Positions 18,115 through 27,504 of a stretch of 64,000 nucleotides of DNA are shown here, piece after piece. Under the pieces are notes generated by a model. That model was given only the letters and a program-made list of their open reading frames with translations, was not told the DNA's origin and made no database searches. The stretch lies in the sequence record NZ_CP064874.1, one strand, 5' to 3'. Both the position numbers and the translations under genes were made by a program. Positions within the stretch are counted from its first letter, which is position 1. Every line of letters starts with the position of its first letter. This DNA is from a plasmid.

Positions 18115-18879
18115 TCAGCTGCGGCGCGGGGCGTAGGAGACCTTGGCCTCCATGTCGCCGCTGACGGCCTGCATGAGCTTGGTGCGGATTCGGCACACTC
18201 GGCGGTTGAGCGTCTCCCGGCTGACGCCGAGCTCGACAGCTGCTTCCTCACGCGCCACACCGGGATCACCCTCCGCGAGCTCGATGCGAGCAAGCAGCTG
18301 GACCTCGTCGCGGCGGAGGGTGCCGGAGTCGATCGCCCAGGTGAGGATCGTCACCAGATCCCGGAAGACGTCATCGCTCTCGTCGGGGCCTGCGATCTTC
18401 TCGAGCAGCTCGTCTTCGACCGGCATTGCGTCGACGCTGTGCTCGCTGCCGAACCAGACTCCGAGGTTCTTGATCGTCTCGAGGCGGATGTTTCCGGAGA
18501 CGGAGTGGACCCGCTCGAGCGGGTAGGTGTGAATGACCTCCCAGAGCACGCCGATCGTCGCGGTACGGGCGTCGGCGGGGGAGTGCTGCCACAGGCTGCG
18601 CATGCTGCTGCAGCTGCTCGGCAGCCGCAGCGCGAGCGGCATGAACGACTTGAGCAGGACGCGGCCGGCGATGGTATCGCCGGCGTGCTCGAGGGTGAGC
18701 AGCTCGAGCAGGAGCGCGTCGCGCTGTTCGGGAGCTTGCGGCTGCCGGATGAGGTTCACGGCCTCATCGCCAGTCAGCTCGCCGAGCGTTCCGAAGTGGT
18801 GAGTGGTGTGGGAGTGGAAGCTGTTCCACTCATCGAACAGCTGGTCGGCAAGAGGTGATGTCTTCGCCCAAGCAGTCAT
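18115..18879 (-). CDS. Regulator with a sigma-70 region-4-like C-terminal HTH. Possible divergent ECF-like sigma factor or activator.
   Basis: C-terminal 'AREEAAVELGVSRETLNRRVCRIRTKLMQAV' resembles sigma region 4.2. The N-terminal 200 aa have no clear sigma region-2 motif. Confidence 0.45.
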   Translation of the reverse strand: MTAWAKTSPLADQLFDEWNSFHSHTTHHFGTLGELTGDEAVNLIRQPQAPEQRDALLLELLTLEHAGDTIAGRVLLKSFMPLALRLPSSCSSMRSLWQHSPADARTATIGVLWEVIHTYPLERVHSVSGNIRLETIKNLGVWFGSEHSVDAMPVEDELLEKIAGPDESDDVFRDLVTILTWAIDSGTLRRDEVQLLARIELAEGDPGVAREEAAVELGVSRETLNRRVCRIRTKLMQAVSGDMEAKVSYAPRRS

Positions 18880-19102
18880 GAGAAATGGCCCTTCGTCGTG
18901 ACGTCGGTTGACGAAGGGCCACGTTCCTCAGCACCCCTGGTTCAGATCCTGGAAAGTTCCGGCCGGGCAGGAGAGCGCCCGATCGGCGGATGCTGGCTTC
19001 GGTGGATCTGAGTTGCGATCCGATGCTGTAAATACCTGTTCAGGGGCGGTTTCCATGCCTCGCTGCATGGGCGCAATATCCACGCAAGATTTCTTCGATC
19101 CG

Positions 19103-19139
19103 CGATGTCCGCGAAGGGCCGAAAACCCGGCCTATACAG
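19103..19139 (+). promoter_or_regulatory. Copy 3 of the conserved 37-bp bipartite motif, oriented rightward toward the conjugation operon.
   Basis: CGATGTCCGCGAAG-N13-GCCTATACAG, about 50 bp upstream of GTG 19192. Confidence 0.5.
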
Positions 19140-19191
19140 ATATGCCCCCGTTGGTCGGGAGGCATCAGGACTCCGCGGAAGGGACAGAAAC

Positions 19192-19428
19192 GTGAGCGAG
19201 AGCAGCACCGCAGACAGCGCCGACGACGCCATGTGGGAAGGATTCAAGCCCGACGCTGCACGCGCGATCCGTGCGCGCCAGGGGTTCGAGGAAGCAGTGG
19301 CGAGCACTCTCGACGCACCCTTCGACCCCTCCACGCATGGTCGCGTGGTGAAGGCGGTTGAGGAGCTTTCGGCAGCGGTGCCGGCAGCTCTGCGGGTGGC
19401 GCAGCTGCGAGTGGGAGGAGCTGCATAA
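19192..19428 (+). CDS. Small acidic hypothetical protein (~78 aa), first gene of the conjugation operon.
   Basis: GTG start preceded by 'GGAAGGGA' SD; the stop overlaps the next ATG (TAATG). Confidence 0.35.
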   Translation: MSESSTADSADDAMWEGFKPDAARAIRARQGFEEAVASTLDAPFDPSTHGRVVKAVEELSAAVPAALRVAQLRVGGAA

Positions 19429-20417
19429 TGGCGCGTCGTGAGAAGACGTCGAAGCCGGCCAAGGAGACGAAGACCGTCCCGGCACAGGGGAGCAGCTGGA
19501 CCCATGGTCGGCAGCTGGGCGGCAAGCTGCTGTCCGCGCTTCTGTTCGCCGCGATCGCGTGTGGGCCTATCGCGCTCTTCGCCGCGGCCGCACGTCCGGC
19601 GCCCGTCGTCGCCGCAGCGCCCGAGGCGCAGGCAGCGGGACTGAGCACGCAGCAGCAGGCTGCCGGCGGTTACGCGGAGGGCTTCGTCTCCTCGTGGCTG
19701 AGCGCGACGAAGGACGCACCGGGCGACCTGGCTACCTACGTCGACCTGGCGGCGCTGCGGCAGCTGTCGGTCACGGCCTGGGAGTACCGCGACCTGTCCG
19801 TGGTCTCCATCACGCCCGTCGACGGCTCGGACTTCGTCAACGTCGTCGTCGCGGCGAACATCAAGGAGCTGTCGGTGACGGACTCCGACGACACCAGCAC
19901 GACGAGCTGGCCGCGCCGCTACTTCCAGGTGGCGATCGCGGTCAACGGGGACACGGTGAGGGCAGTCGGTCTCCCGGCCCAGATCTCCGCTCCCGTCCAG
20001 GGCGAGACAACGTCGCTGGTCTACAAGCAGACCATCGGATCCTCTGACCCGTCCGCGGAGACAGTGTCGGCGTTCCTCGGCGCGTACCTTGCCGGCTCGG
20101 GTGACCTGTCCCGATACAGCGCCCCGGACACATCTTTCGTGGCGATCTCGCCCGCCCCCTACGTGATGGTCAACGTCGAGGAGATGCGGTCAGACCTGAC
20201 GCCTACGGAGTCCCCGAGCGATGGCGACACCCTCAAGGTGCTCGCGACCGTCTCACTGCTGAGCCCGCTGGACCAGCAAGTGACCTCGACGTACACGCTC
20301 ACCCTCACCGCGCGTGCCTCCCGCTGGGAGGTCAGCGCCATTGATCTTGCACCGCAAGCGGTCTCCGACAAGGGATCGACAACCCCCACGCCGACACCGT
20401 CCGGTAACGGCAACTAA
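19428..20417 (+). CDS. Membrane-anchored conjugation protein (one N-terminal TM plus large extracytoplasmic domain); TcpC/VirB8-like candidate.
   Basis: 'LLSALLFAAIACGPIALFAAAA' TM helix, then a 280-aa soluble domain; sits next to virB4. Confidence 0.5.
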   Translation: MARREKTSKPAKETKTVPAQGSSWTHGRQLGGKLLSALLFAAIACGPIALFAAAARPAPVVAAAPEAQAAGLSTQQQAAGGYAEGFVSSWLSATKDAPGDLATYVDLAALRQLSVTAWEYRDLSVVSITPVDGSDFVNVVVAANIKELSVTDSDDTSTTSWPRRYFQVAIAVNGDTVRAVGLPAQISAPVQGETTSLVYKQTIGSSDPSAETVSAFLGAYLAGSGDLSRYSAPDTSFVAISPAPYVMVNVEEMRSDLTPTESPSDGDTLKVLATVSLLSPLDQQVTSTYTLTLTARASRWEVSAIDLAPQAVSDKGSTTPTPTPSGNGN

Positions 20418-20433
20418 GGAAGGAACACCAACC

Positions 20434-20757
20434 ATGTTCGATTGGATCAACGGGATCACCGCTGATGCGACGACTGCTTTCCGGGCGGTCGTGTTTCTCG
20501 CAGCAGCAGTGATCTTCTTCGTCGTCGCCGCCAAGGTGCGGTTCGCCATGGCGACGACCATCATCACCGGCATCGCGTGCGGCCTGGCCATGTTCCTCGC
20601 CGCCGGCGGTGGCGAGTGGGTCATGGGCCTCATCCAGACCGAGACCGTCGACGCCATCGGAGTCACGATCCATCAGATCGCAGCTCCGGCGGACGCCCTG
20701 GTGCTCAACGAGACCACCACCGCGGCCGGCGACACGGTCTACCGGCTGGTCGCGTAA
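20434..20757 (+). CDS. Small membrane protein, two to three TM helices (VirB3/ConD-like position).
   Basis: ATG 20434 with 'AAGGAAGGAAC' SD. The track ORF 20314..20757 is over-extended. Confidence 0.5.
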   Translation: MFDWINGITADATTAFRAVVFLAAAVIFFVVAAKVRFAMATTIITGIACGLAMFLAAGGGEWVMGLIQTETVDAIGVTIHQIAAPADALVLNETTTAAGDTVYRLVA

Positions 20758-20940
20758 AGGGGCGAACGTGGCCGATCGCGACGAAGAGAGAGAGGTTGCG
20801 CGCTTCTACACGCGCAGCCGCCGGTTCCCAAAGTTCATCGGCCGTCTCCACGACGGCACGAAGATCCCCGGGGCCCCTACACGCTGACGCAGGGCGTCGT
20901 CCTGGCGATCGTCCTGGTCGTCGCCCTGCTGACGCAGAGC

Positions 20941-21342
20941 GTGTGGGGGACTGGCTCTCCGATCGTCGATATCCCCGTCGCTGCCTTCGTGTCCTGGGGA
21001 GCAGCGTGGGGAGCCGGAAGGATCCCGGCCACACGCCGGAACCTGCTGAGCATCATCACCAGCGGCCTGTCCGCGATGACCCGCCCCGCAGCCGGCCGCT
21101 ACCGCGGAGTGACCATGCGGGTTCGCCCGCCCCACTTCGCAGGCGGCGGAACAACGATCGCCGAGCCGGTCGGAGCCACGCTCACCACCCCGGATAGCGA
21201 GACCACCGCACCCGCACCGGAAGCGCCCGTCGTGGCGCAGCCGGTCCTGCAGCCGCGCTCGACGCCGCTGCCGGCGCACGCACCCGCACACGCGGTCAGC
21301 GGCGTCGAGCGCCTGCTGCAGCAAGCCCGAGGAGGCAACTGA
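20941..21342 (+). CDS. Hypothetical protein (GTG start) with a hydrophobic N-terminus. Gene structure of 20760-21345 is unresolved.
   Basis: A short frame-2 ORF (20768-20887) precedes it; there may be a frameshift or two small genes. Confidence 0.3.
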   Translation: MWGTGSPIVDIPVAAFVSWGAAWGAGRIPATRRNLLSIITSGLSAMTRPAAGRYRGVTMRVRPPHFAGGGTTIAEPVGATLTTPDSETTAPAPEAPVVAQPVLQPRSTPLPAHAPAHAVSGVERLLQQARGGN

Positions 21343-21344
21343 CC

Positions 21345-21560
21345 ATGAACAACACCGACATCCCGCTCGGCATCATCGGCCGAGGCCGCGGCTACGTCAT
21401 CAAGACCCTCGTGGTCAAGGCGGAGACCGCGCGTGGGCCGATCTGTGCGGACCCCGCTACCACGAGCTACGCAGCCCTCCTCCCCATCCTCGGCGGCACG
21501 CCGATCACGGCACCCCTCAGCGGCGGTCGCGATCTGCTGCTGGCCACGCCGACCGACTGA
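21345..21560 (+). CDS. Small hypothetical protein, 71 aa.
   Basis: ATG with 'GAGGAGG' SD; stop 14 bp before virB4. Confidence 0.45.
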   Translation: MNNTDIPLGIIGRGRGYVIKTLVVKAETARGPICADPATTSYAALLPILGGTPITAPLSGGRDLLLATPTD

Positions 21561-21574
21561 GAAACGAGACGACG

Positions 21575-24097
21575 ATGCAGATTCCGGCAACAGCGATGAC
21601 GAGCAACCTGATGTGGACCCGCTCGGGCGTGGTCTGGGCTACGTGGCGGCTGCAGCCGCTCCCGTATGCCTACGCCACCACGGCGGCAAAGCAGCTCGTC
21701 AAGGCGCACCACCAGGCGCTCTTCCAGGCGCACCGGGGCGAGGGACTGCTGCTGGGGCTGTGCGCTGACCTGGATCCGGTGTCTGTCGTGGAGCGGATGC
21801 TGGACGGTGTTCGCATCGACGAGTGTCCGGACTGGGCGCGCGAGGTCGAGCTGACCCTGGACGCGCTCGAGCAGATCCCGCTTGGAACGCGCGCGTTCTG
21901 GTTCTCGGTCCCGCTCGCGGCCGGTTCGATGAAGGCTCGCGCGAGGTCGGCAGTGCGCGCCGCCGACACCAAGCTGCGCGACACGTTGGCTCTTCCCCGT
22001 CAGCTGCCTACCGACTCCGAGATCGCTGCGGCCGCGCGGATGGCCAAGGAGATCGAGGTTCGCATCCCGGCCGCGTTCCAGCCGACCCGTGCAACGCCGG
22101 CCGAGCAGATCTGGATCGCCCTTCACTCGCAGCAGCGCGGCCTCTCCGCAGATCTCGCCGCCCCTGTCCCGCCCGCCGAGGGTACCGAGGACGGATTCGG
22201 CGTCGACGAGCTCGCGCACTTCCAGATGCCCTCCGCGATGCCGAACCCATGGCTCGACGAAGGCGGACAGAGCGACCTTCCCAAGGGGCAGCAGTTCCTC
22301 CCGTTCAAGCGCCGCTACCTCAAGGTGCACAGCCCCTACGCGGACGAGACGTCGTCCTACCAGGTGGTGCAGGCCATGGTCGCCGCACCCAAGGCCGGCT
22401 GGGTTTCGCCCGGCGTCGAGTGGATCTCACACGTCGACCAGTTCCCCCTTGACGTCGACTGGGGGATCCGTTTCACCGTCACCGGCGCCGACGAGGTCAA
22501 GCGTCGCAACAAGAAGGCCGAAACCGCCCTCGAGGAGCAGTACAAGCACCAGGAGGGCACCGCGACGATCACCGGCGGCGGATCCGACCTCGGAGAGATC
22601 GCGGAGACGCTGGCCGCCTACCACGCCTCCCTCAACCGCTCCGATAAGGAGGTCGAGGTTCAGGCGACGGTGCTGTTCGCTGTGGGGGCAGATACCGCCG
22701 ATCTCGCGAAGGCTAAGGGCCGGTTCGTGGCAGACGAGTACAAGCGCGCTGACTTCCTCCTCGAGGCTCCCCTGGGAGGTCAGGAGGAGCTTTGGTGGGC
22801 GATGATCCCCGGCACGCCCACCGGGCGCATCGTCCGTGAGCTCACCCAGATCACGACGGGCCGGGAGTTCGCGACCGGCGTTCCGCTTTCCAGCAACGAG
22901 CTCGGAGACGAGAAGGGCGCCCGCTTCGGCGAGAACATCAGCACCGCCCGGCACACCCCGATCCTCCGCGACGCGGACGGCAGTATCCAGGCCGACACCA
23001 GCGCCAGCTTCGGCGTGGTCGCCGAGCTCGGCGCCGGCAAGAGCGTGCTGCTCAAGGGAGACATGGGCGACACGGTCGACCGCAACGGCCGCGTCGTCGC
23101 GATCGACCGCACAGAGGCCAAGGAGTACGCGGTTTTCGCGCAGAGCCTCCGGCCGGACACCACGACGATCGTTGACCTGATGACCCCGGAGTACTCGCTG
23201 GACCCGCTGCGGGTGTTCGGCCCTCTCGTCGGCGCACGCATGGTGCAGTCGCTCTTCGCGGTGATGCTCGGCATCCGGGCCCGCGACTCCCGAGGCGTCG
23301 CCCTGTCCCGCCTCCTCGAGCCGGAGTACGTCGCCGCGCACGACATCACCAGCCTCGGTCGCCTGCGGGCGCACCTCAAGACGATCTCCTCGGCGGAGAG
23401 CGATGAGCTGTCGGGCCTGATCAACCTGGTCGCGTCGAAGGACATCGGCGAGGTTCTCTTCAATGACGGGCTGACCGCTGTCGACCTGAAATCGCGTGCC
23501 CTGGTCTTCCTCACCCATGGGCTGTCGCTGCCAGACAAGACCGAGCTCGAGCACGCGCACCTGTTCGAGGAGATGCCCCTGGAAAAGATCTACGGCCGCG
23601 CCATGTACGCGATGCTCATGGGGATCTCCCGCGAGGTCTGCTTCATGAACCCCGGCGAGCTCGCCGGCGCCTACTTCGACGAGTGCCACCACATCACCCA
23701 GTCACCGGAGGGAGAGCGCGACCTGCGCATCGGCATCCGCGACGGTCGCAAGCACCGCGCGTTCTTCGCCCTCGGCTCGCACGACCCCGCCGACTTCGGA
23801 GAAACCCAGACCCGAGGCCTGCTCAAGACCCGCTACGTGATGCGCCAGACCGACAAGGAGCTCGCTCGCCGCGCGATCGAGTGGCTGACCGGCGAGCCCG
23901 CGGACCCGGCGATGGTCCAGGTGGTCACCGAAGACCTGTCCCCGCTCGGGGCGGACGGAAAGGTCGCCCCGGAGCGGCGCGGCGAGGGACTGATCCGTGA
24001 CCAGCGCGGTCGAATCGGGAAGTTCCGCAAGACGCTGCCCGAGCGCCCCGACCGCCGCGAAGCCGTGCTGTCGACCCCGTCTCTGGTGACACCATGA
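21575..24097 (+). CDS. virB4: VirB4/TraE/ConE-family conjugative ATPase.
   Basis: 840 aa; Walker A 'ELGAGKSVLLKGDMGDT'; size and position typical. Confidence 0.85.
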   Translation: MQIPATAMTSNLMWTRSGVVWATWRLQPLPYAYATTAAKQLVKAHHQALFQAHRGEGLLLGLCADLDPVSVVERMLDGVRIDECPDWAREVELTLDALEQIPLGTRAFWFSVPLAAGSMKARARSAVRAADTKLRDTLALPRQLPTDSEIAAAARMAKEIEVRIPAAFQPTRATPAEQIWIALHSQQRGLSADLAAPVPPAEGTEDGFGVDELAHFQMPSAMPNPWLDEGGQSDLPKGQQFLPFKRRYLKVHSPYADETSSYQVVQAMVAAPKAGWVSPGVEWISHVDQFPLDVDWGIRFTVTGADEVKRRNKKAETALEEQYKHQEGTATITGGGSDLGEIAETLAAYHASLNRSDKEVEVQATVLFAVGADTADLAKAKGRFVADEYKRADFLLEAPLGGQEELWWAMIPGTPTGRIVRELTQITTGREFATGVPLSSNELGDEKGARFGENISTARHTPILRDADGSIQADTSASFGVVAELGAGKSVLLKGDMGDTVDRNGRVVAIDRTEAKEYAVFAQSLRPDTTTIVDLMTPEYSLDPLRVFGPLVGARMVQSLFAVMLGIRARDSRGVALSRLLEPEYVAAHDITSLGRLRAHLKTISSAESDELSGLINLVASKDIGEVLFNDGLTAVDLKSRALVFLTHGLSLPDKTELEHAHLFEEMPLEKIYGRAMYAMLMGISREVCFMNPGELAGAYFDECHHITQSPEGERDLRIGIRDGRKHRAFFALGSHDPADFGETQTRGLLKTRYVMRQTDKELARRAIEWLTGEPADPAMVQVVTEDLSPLGADGKVAPERRGEGLIRDQRGRIGKFRKTLPERPDRREAVLSTPSLVTP

Positions 24098-26124
24098 TCA
24101 CCTTCTACCGGCACACCTTCGAGACTCTGGGCGGCGCGTTCTGGCGGGTCCGTTTCTGGGCGCACGATCACCCGCGGTGGAGCAAGGTCATCGCCGTCGT
24201 CCTGATCGACCTGTTCCTGGTCCTGTTCGGCAACACGTACTGGGCCTTCGCCGCTGACGGCGGCGGCTCGTCCCCGTTCATGCTCGGCGGCGACATCACT
24301 GACAGCGACGGCGTCCCGCTGACCAACTACACGGTGCTTCCACTGGACCGCGGCGATGTGTTCACGATGGGGAAGTTCTTCATCTCCATGTGGATCGACC
24401 CGATCTGGACCGGGCATCTGGGTCTGGTGTCGTGGATGATCTGGTTCTGCAACTGGCTGCTCTCCTTCGAGTGGGTCGACATCGTCGCGGCACCGTTCGG
24501 CGCGCTGGCCGACCTCTTGCAGGACTTCCTCGGCGAGATCGCATGGATCCCGTTCGCGCTGACGATCGCCGGCGGTGTCGCGGGCCTGGCGATCATGCTC
24601 GGCCGGCACTCCACCGGGTGGGCGGAGTTGTTCATCTCTGCGTGCTGTGCGGTGCTGGCGACCGGTCTGCTCGCTAACCCGATCGCCTCGCTCACCGCCG
24701 CAGGCGGAGCATTCGACACCGCCCAGGAGTACGGCGGTCAGATCGCTGCCGTCGTCGTCACCGACGACATCAACAGCACGGAGCTCGACTCCGAGAACCT
24801 GCTGTCAGCTGCGGTCACGTCGCAGCTGGTCGACATCTTCGTGAAGATCCCTGCGCAGACGATCGCGTTCGGCCACGCCCTCGAGGGGCAGTGCGCCGCG
24901 ACGTTCACCGACACGATGACCAACTCGGCGCCCATCCAGACCGGCGGCAACGAGGTCCGTGACGCGGTCGGCGGGTGCGACGAGGCGGCGAAGACGTTCA
25001 ACCAGAATCCGAACTTCGGCCAGGTGCTCACGGCCGTCACGATGACCCCCGGAGCGCTCACCCTGTTCATCCTGCCGATGGCCTTCGGGGTGCTGTTCCT
25101 AGTCACGGTTCTCGGCTTCCTGATCTCCGCACTCAAGACCATGTGGAACGTCTACATCGGGATCCTCCCGGTCAACCGATACCCGCTGTGGAAGTCCCTC
25201 GCCGACACCTTCATGGGCCTGGTCGCCATCGTCTTCATGGCAGTCGTCATGGCGGCCGTCCTCAAGCTCACCGTCGCAGCGATCACCGGGCTCAGCAGCC
25301 TGGGAATCCCGCTCGTCGCGCAGATGACCTTTGCGACGCTGGTGATGATCGTGCTGCTGTTCCTCATCATCCGAGCGCGTCGCATTGCCAAGAAGACCGG
25401 CCGGTCGATCGCCGAGCAGCTCTCCAAGTACGGCATCGGCAAGGGCGCGCCGGCGCAGCGCGACGGGGTCAAGACCGTCGCGGCGATGAGCGCCGTATCC
25501 ACCGTCGCGGCCGCGGCGCTGCGTCGCCCTGACAACAAGGTCGACGCGCGCTCCATCAACTTCGGCGCGGGGGCTGCGCAGGACATCGGCACAATGACCG
25601 CTACACGCCCGCCCGCGGCTCCCAAGCCGCCCTCGACGCCCTCTGGCGGCTCACCGAGCCGTCCCGCCCTCCCGTCGCCTCAGATGGGCTCTGGGGGCGG
25701 CGCTGGCGCGGGTGCTGCCGCCAAGGCCTCGAAGACCGCGGACCTGGTCTTCACGGCCGCGCGGATCGGCAAGGGTGCCGCAGCGGGCGGTGTGGCCGGC
25801 GCCGCCGGCGCCGCGGCGCTCGAGGTCGGTGGCCGAGTCGCGAGCAAGGGAGCGTCGAAGGCTGTCTCCGCGGCCGCGGCAGGCGCGAGCAAGCCGCGAG
25901 CTGCGGGCGACCCGAAGGTGGTCTCGATGGTCGTCGACCAGGGCCCGGCGCCCACGCGCACCCCGGACGGTCCTCGACGGATCGTCGTCGACTCCTCGGG
26001 CATGGGACACATCGAACGGCGCCCCTCGTCAGGTGTCGTCGACATCTCGTCCCTGCCGGCGCGCGCGCCTCGCTCTCCGCGCAGCGGTGAGATGCGCGCC
26101 CGGCTCGCGATCGCACAGAAGTAA
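24094..26124 (+). CDS. Polytopic conjugation membrane protein (VirB6/TrbL/ConG-like) with Gly/Ala-rich low-complexity C-terminus.
   Basis: At least six TM segments; start overlaps the virB4 stop. Confidence 0.6.
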   Translation: MITFYRHTFETLGGAFWRVRFWAHDHPRWSKVIAVVLIDLFLVLFGNTYWAFAADGGGSSPFMLGGDITDSDGVPLTNYTVLPLDRGDVFTMGKFFISMWIDPIWTGHLGLVSWMIWFCNWLLSFEWVDIVAAPFGALADLLQDFLGEIAWIPFALTIAGGVAGLAIMLGRHSTGWAELFISACCAVLATGLLANPIASLTAAGGAFDTAQEYGGQIAAVVVTDDINSTELDSENLLSAAVTSQLVDIFVKIPAQTIAFGHALEGQCAATFTDTMTNSAPIQTGGNEVRDAVGGCDEAAKTFNQNPNFGQVLTAVTMTPGALTLFILPMAFGVLFLVTVLGFLISALKTMWNVYIGILPVNRYPLWKSLADTFMGLVAIVFMAVVMAAVLKLTVAAITGLSSLGIPLVAQMTFATLVMIVLLFLIIRARRIAKKTGRSIAEQLSKYGIGKGAPAQRDGVKTVAAMSAVSTVAAAALRRPDNKVDARSINFGAGAAQDIGTMTATRPPAAPKPPSTPSGGSPSRPALPSPQMGSGGGAGAGAAAKASKTADLVFTAARIGKGAAAGGVAGAAGAAALEVGGRVASKGASKAVSAAAAGASKPRAAGDPKVVSMVVDQGPAPTRTPDGPRRIVVDSSGMGHIERRPSSGVVDISSLPARAPRSPRSGEMRARLAIAQK

Positions 26125-26130
26125 CCCCGC

Positions 26131-27378
26131 ATGTCCGCATCGGGAGTACTCGAGCGCTCTGCCGACGTCGCCGGCGCCGTCAATGGGGGAGACGACGGGG
26201 ACGGTGGTGGTTCGCGCAAGGTCGTCCTCTGGGTGATCGCGCTCGTGCTGGTGCCGGTGGTGCTCTTCGCCGGCTACACGATGTTCCTGATGATGGCGAT
26301 CGCCGGCGCCTCCGGCGGTGGGTCGTCGCAGTGCACCGCGGGGTCGCTGACCACCGACAAGCTCGAGGTCCAGACCACAGGAGGATCGACCCGCACCCTC
26401 GGTGCGACGGAGCTCGGCCACGCGGCCACCATCCTCTCGGTCGCCCGCTCACTGGGCGTGTCCGCGCGGGGCCAGCAGATCGCGATCATGACCGCGCTGC
26501 AGGAGTCCGGCTTGAAGATGTACGCCAACTCCTCCGTGCCTGAGTCCCTCGATTACCCGCACGACGCGGTCGGCAGCGACCACGACTCCGTCAACTACTT
26601 CCAGCAGCGTGTGTCGGGCTGGGGCACCGTCGAGGAGCTCATGGACCCCCTCTACGCAGCCAAGGCGTTCTTCGGCGGCGAGGAGGGCCCCAACGGCGGA
26701 TCGCCGCGTGGGCTGCTCGACATCCCCGGCTGGGAGGACATGGGGCTGGGGGAGGCCGCGCAGACCGTGCAGGTCTCCGCATACCCGACCGCTTACGACA
26801 AGTGGGAGCCCGCAGCACAGCAGATCATCACCGCGGTCGGCGGGTCGATCAGCTGCGACAGCAGCACTGTCGTCGGGCAGGCCGCTTTCCCCCTTGCGGC
26901 CGGCTACCAGATGACCTCCGGCTACGGGCCGCGCGACATCACCGTTCCGGGTGCGTCGAGTTGGCATGTCGGAATCGACCTGCAGCGCTGGCCAAACCCG
27001 TGCGGCGACCCTGTCTACGCGGTCCTGCCGGGCACGGTGACTCTCAGCAGCTCACTGTGGTTGTCGATCAAGCACCCCGATGGGTTCGTGGTGTCCTACC
27101 TGCATATGTACAAGAGCGAGCGGCTCGTCGACGTCGGAGACACCGTCACCGCCGGCCAGCAGATCGGTGTCGTCGGGAACGTGCCGCCCAGTGGGGGATG
27201 CCACCTGCACCTGGCCGTCAACAAGAACGGGACGACGAATCAGGCCGTCGCCGGGCTGCAGGAGGCGACTGCACTCGGTGCCCCCTCGCAGTACGCCGGC
27301 TACGTGAACCCCGAAGAGTTCCTCCGCCTGTATGGCATCGAGATCTGTCCCACAGACGGCACTTGCCGACGCCTCTGA
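26131..27378 (+). CDS. Conjugation-associated cell-wall hydrolase (N-terminal TM, lysozyme-like region, C-terminal M23 peptidase).
   Basis: M23 motifs 'WHVGIDL' and 'GGCHLHLAVNKNG'; CwlT-like position after the VirB6-like gene. Confidence 0.8.
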   Translation: MSASGVLERSADVAGAVNGGDDGDGGGSRKVVLWVIALVLVPVVLFAGYTMFLMMAIAGASGGGSSQCTAGSLTTDKLEVQTTGGSTRTLGATELGHAATILSVARSLGVSARGQQIAIMTALQESGLKMYANSSVPESLDYPHDAVGSDHDSVNYFQQRVSGWGTVEELMDPLYAAKAFFGGEEGPNGGSPRGLLDIPGWEDMGLGEAAQTVQVSAYPTAYDKWEPAAQQIITAVGGSISCDSSTVVGQAAFPLAAGYQMTSGYGPRDITVPGASSWHVGIDLQRWPNPCGDPVYAVLPGTVTLSSSLWLSIKHPDGFVVSYLHMYKSERLVDVGDTVTAGQQIGVVGNVPPSGGCHLHLAVNKNGTTNQAVAGLQEATALGAPSQYAGYVNPEEFLRLYGIEICPTDGTCRRL

Positions 27379-27504
27379 CCCCCCTGGAAAACCGAGTCAA
27401 CTCGCGGCATGTAACCCTCCTGACGGCCTGGAAACCGGCCTGTAGGCTGGGGGCAGCCCCGGCCCGAAACGGGGCCGAAGCCTCTCCCACCCAGACGGTG
27501 ACTC

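Noticed and set aside
17255-18293. Track ORFs 17255..18196 (-), 17772..18293 (-) and 17974..18858 (+) across the parA-upstream repeat region.
   Set aside because: Translations are dominated by Arg/Ala/Pro/His runs generated by the GCGC repeats and overlap one another. The region is better explained as non-coding repeat DNA.
20577-21197. 206-aa ORF spanning the small-gene region between the 20434 membrane gene and the 21345 gene.
   Set aside because: Arg/Pro-rich low-complexity translation in a frame that overlaps better-supported small ORFs. Local gene structure is left unresolved rather than assigned to this ORF.
27379-27504. Possible intrinsic terminator (CGGCCC-GAAAC-GGGGCCG) after the M23 hydrolase gene.
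   Set aside because: Only a 6-bp stem; extending the stem fails to pair. Not convincing compared with the perfect 14-bp hairpin at 31283..31318.
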